Shown here: positions 57,928-64,000 of the stretch, one piece after another
Numbering within the stretch: position 1 is the stretch's first letter
How the letters are laid out: each line of letters begins with the position of its first letter
Virus genome (UHGV): UHGV-1366123
Reading direction: 5' to 3' (one strand)
Length of the DNA stretch: 64,000 nucleotides
DNA from: a virus
Notes under the pieces: model-generated
Seen by the model: the letters and a program-made list of their open reading frames with translations, nothing else
Database searches by the model: none
What the model was told of the DNA's origin: nothing
Made by a program: the position numbers and the translations under genes

Positions 57928-58449
57928 ATGGAGAAAGAAATAAACCTTGAAGAATTCTCACATTCCGTAAGATATCTTCTCACAAACGGCATACTTCAAG
58001 ACACCTCGGAAATCTACGAGTATTCTTGTGGTAGAAAGACAAAGGATGTCTCATCCATATCGAACGCTATCTCATCATTCTCCAAGTCGATGGTTTCCAT
58101 TGGTGATCTTTCGAAGATAAGTTCTAAGTTCTACAATTATAGACAAAAGCTCATCACAAGAAAGCAACTTATCCTTGATGATCAATCTTTCATTGTTGCA
58201 GAAATGGCAAAAATGAAAAAGAAGGAGATGATCTCGTATAAGGTGGGTAGCAATGAAGATGGGATTCGCCCTTCAAATGACACAGAGCGCAGGATGATTC
58301 TTGATGGAAATCTTTCTGACATGCAACTCGTTGTGGACACACTTGACAACCACATCCAGTTTATAACTGATTCAGTAAAGAACATCACTGACATGATCTA
58401 CGGCTTCACGTACGTCATCCAGTTTGAAGAATATCGTAAAAACTACTAA
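57928..58449 (+). CDS. hypothetical protein
   Basis: 173-aa ORF. Confidence 0.3.
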   Translation: MEKEINLEEFSHSVRYLLTNGILQDTSEIYEYSCGRKTKDVSSISNAISSFSKSMVSIGDLSKISSKFYNYRQKLITRKQLILDDQSFIVAEMAKMKKKEMISYKVGSNEDGIRPSNDTERRMILDGNLSDMQLVVDTLDNHIQFITDSVKNITDMIYGFTYVIQFEEYRKNY

Positions 58450-58491
58450 CTAATCATCAATCAATAAGCAACTTTTAACAACAACGAACAA

Positions 58492-59037
58492 ATGAAGAAA
58501 TCTGGGTACACAAAAGCACGTAACAACTATTACACATGGTTGGGGAAAATGTTCTTCGATCTCCTATGTCTCGCCATCATTCTCTACCTCGTGTTCTATG
58601 CAGTTGATCGTGATCATTCGTCTGTGTACAGACTGAGATTTGTCATATCAGTGAGTGTCGTTGCAATGTTCTATGTTCATGCAATCACTTACAAGAACTT
58701 CCTCGATTCAAGGACAAAATACAACTTCTATAAGTCTGTGATGAAGGCTTATGAGTTCAACCTCGAAAACTATGAAAATGTGATCGAGGTCATCCGTCGA
58801 CATGAGTACAAATCAGAAGAATACAAGGCAGATATTAATAGCTTGATGAATGCCGAAGATGAAGAAACGTTCTTCATTGTTGGTGAGAAGATCTTCAAAA
58901 ATCTGACAGATGGTGTTTATGTCGATGAGATTGATTTCATCTATGAGCTTCTTGAATCCACCTCTTACATTGTCAAGTACGTCGATGAAGACTTCTTGAA
59001 GAAGACTTTCTTGAAAGAAAAATATAAGTGTAAGTAA
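58492..59037 (+). CDS. hypothetical membrane protein
   Basis: Two hydrophobic helices: FFDLLCLAIILYLVFYAV and VISVSVVAMFYVHAI. Confidence 0.35.
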   Translation: MKKSGYTKARNNYYTWLGKMFFDLLCLAIILYLVFYAVDRDHSSVYRLRFVISVSVVAMFYVHAITYKNFLDSRTKYNFYKSVMKAYEFNLENYENVIEVIRRHEYKSEEYKADINSLMNAEDEETFFIVGEKIFKNLTDGVYVDEIDFIYELLESTSYIVKYVDEDFLKKTFLKEKYKCK

Positions 59038-59134
59038 ATAAACAGGTTCATAGTAAATAACTGTTTATAGATTCGTTGCGTATCTACAGAATATAAGAAA
59101 GTAGGTACGCAACGATATCTGTTTAAATGACAAT

Positions 59135-60742
59135 ATGAAAGCAATACTTTCTGAAGACAAGATGTTTATCGACCTTCATTATGAAAATGAAGGAGAAATG
59201 TTACAGACAAACGACTACTTCCATAGGAAAGTAAAAAACTACCATTTCATGAAGAAGAAATTCAAAGGATGGAATGGTATTGTTGCTTATATCTACAAAG
59301 GGAAACGTATAAGATCGACGATGTGGTCGAAGCTTATCGAAATGTGTGAGAAATATCACTTCCCACTTGAGTTTGAGAACTTTGATGGTTTTATCCGTGA
59401 GGAGATCACCTACGAATTTGTAGAAAAGTTCTGTAAGAAGCTTCTCTCTTGTCATCCAAAGATCAGACCATACGACTATCAGATTGACACTGTCTATAAA
59501 GCAATCAGGTCTCGTTTCAGTTGTGTAGAGGTCGCAACGAGTGGTGGTAAAACGTTGATAATGTACATGTACATGATGCTTCTGAGATACTTGAAAATCT
59601 CGAAGAACATCCTTATCATTGAACCCGACCCAGGTCTTGTTATTCAGTCTTATGATGAATGGCGAGATTATGCTTGTGGAAAATACAACCTCAATGTTGC
59701 AATGATCCATGGTGGTTCTAAGGACAAGCTCTCGGCAAACGATTTCCCACACGCAATAGGAAACTTTGCATCACTTATAAATCTTCCCGATGAGTTCTTT
59801 GAGAAGTTTGACACTGTAATCTGTGACGAAGCACACAGATCCGTTGCCACAACCATCAAGCAGATTCTTGCGAGATGTGGTGCAACAGAAAACCTTCTTG
59901 GATGTTCGGGATCATTCTACAAAGGAAAAGGCGATGCCGATGAGTTCACTGTAGAAGAGAACTTCGGACCAGTTGTGAGAGTTATCAAGAAAACTGATCT
60001 GATCAATAGAGGTGCAGCGACTAACATAACGATCAGAATGATAAACGTCAAGTTCTGTAGTAGACAAGAACTCATCCATTTAGCATCAGAAAAAGACTAT
60101 ATCGAAGATGGTGAGAAGTCGCTGAGATATGAACAACAGTTCATCCGAAATCATAAACGTCTTCTTGAATGGAAATGTCAGTTCATCTGCTCCTTGAAAG
60201 GTAACACCCTTGTCTACTTCAATGACAAGAAGGGTGGTTATGGTCGAAAGATCTATGAAAGACTTCAAGAGATCTCCTTCCAAAGAGGACTTTCTAAGAA
60301 AGTGTTCTATATTGATGGCGACATTTCTGCCACGGAGAGAGAAGTGATTAAAGACTACATGAGAAACGACACCACAGGTCAATCGATTCTCGTGGCGAAT
60401 TATTCAGTTTTCTCTACTGGTCAATCGATTAAAAACCTTGTGAATGTTGTCACTGGTGAAGCAATTAAGAGTGATATTCTTCTTAACCAGTCATCTGGTC
60501 GACTTTTGAGACTTTCTGATGGTAAGGAGATGTCATACTTTTACGATATAACAGAAGATACTACTGTAGTTCGTTCAAATCCGATGACTGGACAAAAGGA
60601 AACCAAGAAATGTTTCATGGTGAATTGGTCAAAGTCGAGACTTGAATACTACAGATCTGAAGATTTGATCGTAGAATCCTACAATGTTGATATAACAAAG
60701 GAAGGTTCTATGGAAATCAAAGAATCAGAGACTATCTTTTAA
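59135..60742 (+). CDS. SF2 helicase, UvsW-like
   Basis: Motif I VATSGGKT, motif II VICDEAHRS, motifs V/VI region QSSGRLLR. Confidence 0.7.
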   Translation: MKAILSEDKMFIDLHYENEGEMLQTNDYFHRKVKNYHFMKKKFKGWNGIVAYIYKGKRIRSTMWSKLIEMCEKYHFPLEFENFDGFIREEITYEFVEKFCKKLLSCHPKIRPYDYQIDTVYKAIRSRFSCVEVATSGGKTLIMYMYMMLLRYLKISKNILIIEPDPGLVIQSYDEWRDYACGKYNLNVAMIHGGSKDKLSANDFPHAIGNFASLINLPDEFFEKFDTVICDEAHRSVATTIKQILARCGATENLLGCSGSFYKGKGDADEFTVEENFGPVVRVIKKTDLINRGAATNITIRMINVKFCSRQELIHLASEKDYIEDGEKSLRYEQQFIRNHKRLLEWKCQFICSLKGNTLVYFNDKKGGYGRKIYERLQEISFQRGLSKKVFYIDGDISATEREVIKDYMRNDTTGQSILVANYSVFSTGQSIKNLVNVVTGEAIKSDILLNQSSGRLLRLSDGKEMSYFYDITEDTTVVRSNPMTGQKETKKCFMVNWSKSRLEYYRSEDLIVESYNVDITKEGSMEIKESETIF

Positions 60743-60753
60743 TTAATAGAAGA

Positions 60754-61377
60754 ATGAAACAGAAAAAAACAATCTATCTTGTAGGTGCTGTAGTACTTTT
60801 GTTTGTGATTACAGTCATCTGTGTAAAAAGCTGTAATGGTAGTTCTGGTAAATCTATCACTGACACTACCGCTCTTGAATCGACTGTTGTAGATTCTCTA
60901 CCACAGGATTCATTAGAATCTGTAATCACGATCGAACAAGAGATCGAAGCTCCCTTGAAGGTCGATTCTTCAAAGTTCCCCGACTACGTTTATTCTTATG
61001 AATACATCGAAGTCTATGAAAAATTCAAGCCACTACTTTCCGCAATAGCACATGTTGAATCTCGTGGGATTCCAAACATGGTCTCCAAGAGTGGAAAGTA
61101 TCAAGGTCTTCTCCAACAGTCAATCATCAATGTTGATGATTGTAACCAATCGACGAACTCTGCGTTCAAGTACGAAGATCGAAAGAATCCCAAGAAGGCG
61201 GTGCAGATGTTCCTCATAACTCAGAAGAAGTACAATAAGAAGATGTCTTACGAAATGGCTTGTAGAATCTGGTCACGTCACGACATCAGTGGGACAGACC
61301 CCGAAGCTGGGAGATACTGGGAAAGAGTAAAACAAGAACTCGATAAGCACGATTATTCCCCACTTTGGGAGAACTAA
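60754..61377 (+). CDS. membrane-anchored lytic transglycosylase (SLT domain), putative endolysin
   Basis: N-terminal signal-anchor TIYLVGAVVLLFVITVICV; SLT motif AHVESRGIPNMVSKSGKYQGLLQ. Confidence 0.5.
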   Translation: MKQKKTIYLVGAVVLLFVITVICVKSCNGSSGKSITDTTALESTVVDSLPQDSLESVITIEQEIEAPLKVDSSKFPDYVYSYEYIEVYEKFKPLLSAIAHVESRGIPNMVSKSGKYQGLLQQSIINVDDCNQSTNSAFKYEDRKNPKKAVQMFLITQKKYNKKMSYEMACRIWSRHDISGTDPEAGRYWERVKQELDKHDYSPLWEN

Positions 61378-61395
61378 TAACCAAGAGATAAATCG

Positions 61396-61440
61396 AAAAG
61401 TGTCGGAGGTATCTGAAAAAGGTATCTCCGACATTTCTCT
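61396..61440 (+). terminator. terminator hairpin followed by an AATATAAAGAAAAA promoter-like motif
   Basis: gtcggaggtatc...ggtatctccgac, then atttctctttttg. Confidence 0.45.
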
Positions 61441-61473
61441 TTTTGAAAATATAAAGAAAAAACCGAGAGACAT

Positions 61474-61935
61474 ATGGCGAAGAAGGTTGTAGAGAACATG
61501 CTGTGGTCTACAGAACGTGTAGAGAAGCTCATACAGGAATTCAACGACAAGGGTGTACTTCCCAAGAAGAATCCGTTTTATAGTGGTGATGTTCGCTTGA
61601 GGAAACCACGTATCAACTTCTCATACACAGAGGATGAACTTCTTGAACTTGCAAAGGTTCAAGATTCTGTCTTGTACTTCTCAGAAAATCTGGCCAAGGT
61701 AAAAACTGATGATGGTATCAAGCATATCAAACTGAGACCATATCAGACAAGAATCATCCAACAGCTTCAGTATTACAGACACAACGTCATCCTTGCTTCA
61801 CGTCAGATTGGGAAAAGTAAAGGCTGGGGATCTGTTATAAATGGACTCGAAGGTGACTTCAAGATTTCTGACCTCTTCCCTCGAACACTCATCAATAGAC
61901 TAAGATCAAAGCTGTATTCGACGATCTATGGGTAA
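61474..61935 (+). CDS. terL: large terminase N-terminal fragment (N-extein with Walker A) fused to a 39-aa intein N-fragment
   Basis: LRPYQTRIIQQL...NVILASRQIGK, then SKGWGSVINGLEGDFKISDLFPRTLINRLRSKLYSTIYG (Hint block-A-like). Its partner, the IntC-plus-ATPase ORF, is at 745-1827. Confidence 0.7.
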   Translation: MAKKVVENMLWSTERVEKLIQEFNDKGVLPKKNPFYSGDVRLRKPRINFSYTEDELLELAKVQDSVLYFSENLAKVKTDDGIKHIKLRPYQTRIIQQLQYYRHNVILASRQIGKSKGWGSVINGLEGDFKISDLFPRTLINRLRSKLYSTIYG

Positions 61936-61944
61936 ACGACTTCA

Positions 61945-62028
61945 CGGAAGGCACTTTCCTTGCGCTCTGAAGATTTCGGTGTTGTTCTCATAGCTCTTTG
62001 ATATACAGAGCGCAAGGAAAGCACCTCG
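61945..62028. repeat. palindromic ~85-bp element, copy H
   Basis: cggaaggcactttccttgcgctctga ... cagagcgcaaggaaagcacc. Confidence 0.55.
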
Positions 62029-62039
62029 TCTTTATCCGA

Positions 62040-62098
62040 AGATATATTCGAAAACCGATTGGGGTCATCTGATGCTATTTTCAGATGACCCCAATCGG
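62040..62098. terminator. bidirectional terminator hairpin
   Basis: aaaaccgattggggtcatctga ... tcagatgaccccaatcggtttt. Confidence 0.5.
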
Positions 62099-62119
62099 TT
62101 TTCTTATTTCTCTTTCCTT

Positions 62120-62926
62120 TTAAGGAGAAACTTTACACGTGCCACTGAGCACGGACTGTTCCATAGATTGAACAAGCGTTGATGCACTTGGATCGATCGG
62201 CAGTTTAGTGCCTATTATCTGCGCCAGACCCTTCAGAAGAATCATAAGTGGTTCACCATTCACCATTTTGTAGGAAGGATTCGCACCTGCCATGTACTCA
62301 GAACCATTGTCGTGTATCTTCTGTGAGTTCACGGTGACGCTATTCTCTGAAGAGATGTTGATCTGATTCTTGGAGACAATGTCGATATCGTCACCTCTGA
62401 GTTCTATAACTGCAGATCCTCCACGATGCGTGATCACTATCGACCCATCTGGCTTGATGTTTACGTTTGATTCGTTATAATCGATCATCATACCTTTCTT
62501 TTTACTGTAGAAGATCTTCATCTTCTCATCAGTATCGAACAGAAGTGAATGGAAGTTCTCGGGATCATTCTTGATCTCCTGCCGAAGTTCCTCGTCTAAC
62601 CATTCAATAGAAAAGTAACGAGGGTGATAAATGTCGTCCTTGAACACCACTCTTACAACACTTCCCACCTTTGGTGCAGAATACGCACCTGCACCACTTT
62701 TGCTACCAAATGAAAGGGTTTCTATTGGATAAGCGTATGGAAGATCTTCATCTGGTATGCTTCCGAGATCTTTGGAATCGAATACACCAAAGACCCTAAT
62801 CTTCACTCTGCCTGGGTCTTTGTCTGTTCCCTCAAGAGAGACGATTTCTCCAAGATGACTGCATGACATCATCTCCTTGAGTTCACCAAAAAGGTCTCTG
62901 TGGATTATTTCACTTCTATTAGACAT
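62120..62926 (-). CDS. hypothetical protein, probably baseplate/tail
   Basis: 268-aa minus-strand ORF in an operon with a gp25-like gene. Confidence 0.35.
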   Translation of the reverse strand: MSNRSEIIHRDLFGELKEMMSCSHLGEIVSLEGTDKDPGRVKIRVFGVFDSKDLGSIPDEDLPYAYPIETLSFGSKSGAGAYSAPKVGSVVRVVFKDDIYHPRYFSIEWLDEELRQEIKNDPENFHSLLFDTDEKMKIFYSKKKGMMIDYNESNVNIKPDGSIVITHRGGSAVIELRGDDIDIVSKNQINISSENSVTVNSQKIHDNGSEYMAGANPSYKMVNGEPLMILLKGLAQIIGTKLPIDPSASTLVQSMEQSVLSGTCKVSP

Positions 62927-63482
62927 TTTCCAGTTTGTATTGTACTTCTCTTATGTCTTGAGGTCTTACAACGTCAAGACCGTAGTAGATCGCTTTCCTT
63001 TTGAATTCGTCTGCTTCTTTTCTCACCTTTATATTTGTCGATATCACAACTACAACATTGTCTTGGAATCTCGAGAACTCGTTCGTCTCTGTCATCGATC
63101 CATAATTCGTCGATCGGATTCCATAGTTGAAGATTCTCGGGATTTCGTCTATCGCTCTTTTTGGAAGGTACATGTAGAAAATCGTCTCCCCTCCTTCATC
63201 TTCATAGTTTGGATTCTTCTCGATCTTGTAGCCATTCGTGATAATCGTCTGATTACCATTATCACCACGGACTATTGCAGATGTTGACTTTTCGAGAATA
63301 TGCTCCATAGAAATCTTCCCTTGGTAGTACCTCTCGACGATGTTCTTGACACCATAGTACTTCTTTTGTGGAACATCTTGAAGTCTCATTCCGCCTTTGA
63401 TAACTTTCAAGCACAATGCGAAAAGTTCACGCTGTTTTGAGCTTGTGGTGAATTGTCGCCCATCTATTCTTGCCGAAGTCAT
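62919..63482 (-). CDS. hypothetical protein, probably baseplate
   Basis: 187-aa minus-strand ORF. Confidence 0.35.
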   Translation of the reverse strand: MTSARIDGRQFTTSSKQRELFALCLKVIKGGMRLQDVPQKKYYGVKNIVERYYQGKISMEHILEKSTSAIVRGDNGNQTIITNGYKIEKNPNYEDEGGETIFYMYLPKRAIDEIPRIFNYGIRSTNYGSMTETNEFSRFQDNVVVVISTNIKVRKEADEFKRKAIYYGLDVVRPQDIREVQYKLENV

Positions 63483-63525
63483 AAAGAATCGTTATTAGTT
63501 GTTTTTAACACTTCCTTTATGATTC

Positions 63526-63867
63526 TTATCGTATAACGAATGACAGTTTTTTAGTATAGTTTATTGTTATGTCAATTATGCAAGTATCTCGCTCCTCGGT
63601 TTCCATGAAGCTAACTTCAACCTCAGTGTGGAACATGTCGTAATAAGTAGAATATTCTCTTATCTTCGTCATTATCTCACGTTCCAGCGCCTTATTATCG
63701 ATGTTTGTCTCATAAACCAGTCTTTCAAGATCAAGTGGCATTCCAAAAGATCCCATGACTTCATGGGGTGAAGTGTTGAGGATCATGACAATTTCTTGGA
63801 TGTATTTGTTGATATTGTCATTTATGTCCATTTTTGTTGCACTTGGATCGATGTTGATATCTTTCAT
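63526..63867 (-). CDS. baseplate wedge protein, gp25/GPW-like
   Basis: NDNINKYIQEIVMILNTSPHEVMGSFGMPLDLERLVYE matches the GPW_gp25 family core. Confidence 0.5.
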   Translation of the reverse strand: MKDINIDPSATKMDINDNINKYIQEIVMILNTSPHEVMGSFGMPLDLERLVYETNIDNKALEREIMTKIREYSTYYDMFHTEVEVSFMETEERDTCIIDITINYTKKLSFVIR

Positions 63868-64000
63868 CTTTTTGTTTTTATCTACAGCCTTTATTTAAAG
63901 ATATACGTCGGGAAAAGATATCGTAAATAACGAAATCGCTGACGGAAGATGCTTTCTAATCCAGTTTTTAACAGATTTCACTTATACTTTTCGAGACAAT

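Overview
This window looks like the genome of a large T4-like lytic phage, about 38-40% GC, with almost all genes on the + strand and a Bacteroidota-like codon and promoter flavour. All calls below are made by eye from motifs; no searches were run.

Recognisable modules:
- Packaging and head genes: a fragmented large terminase, a gp21-like prohead protease fused to a scaffold, and a putative major capsid protein.
- Replication and recombination genes (T4-type): a family-B DNA polymerase N-terminal fragment, gp32-like SSB, clamp-loader ATPase, DnaB-like and Dda/Pif1-like helicases, RecA/UvsX-like recombinase, Mre11/Rad50 (gp47/gp46-like), and a UvsW-like SF2 helicase.
- A phage-encoded GroES-GroEL pair.
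- Baseplate genes at the window end, including a gp25-like protein.

The four most notable observations:
1. The large terminase is made in three pieces. The N-terminal piece (61474-61935) ends in a 39-aa intein N-fragment. The ATPase core (745-1827) begins with a 143-aa intein C-fragment carrying block B and a terminal ...SHN|S. Joining them would rebuild the Walker-A motif SRQIGK|S. This fits an atypically split, trans-splicing intein whose halves lie about 59.5 kb apart in this window. The nuclease domain is a further separate ORF (1880-2698).
2. A 4.9-kb tandem array of 11-12 diversified, very acidic paralogues of about 115-150 aa (9899-14990). It appears to have grown by two-gene cassette duplications, each carrying a hairpin plus a TATATAAAAG promoter-like motif. 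This is a candidate DNA-mimic or counter-defence family.
3. An accessory island inside a minus-strand tRNA cluster (41.1-46.8 kb). It holds an N6-adenine methyltransferase, a TnpB (IS200/IS605 OrfB) with a putative omega-RNA region, a ribosomal bL12-C-terminal-domain/ClpS-like mini-protein, a NADAR/YbiA-like (anti-DarT-type) protein, and several tRNA-like genes with aberrant anticodon arms.
4. A 2.7-kb gene-free repeat landscape (46.8-49.5 kb). It contains a perfect 36-bp-arm palindrome with C9/G9 tracts, a (GAAGATT)x7 array, a GC-rich island full of palindromes, and three ~340-bp direct repeats. Each direct repeat ends in an ~85-bp MITE-like palindromic element (IR core AAGGAAGGTACTTTCCTTGCGCTCTGA). 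Further copies of that element sit at intergenic sites elsewhere in the window.

In addition, the DNA polymerase stops right after motif A, so it looks like a split polymerase gene; the downstream GroES-GroEL pair immediately follows that truncated fragment.
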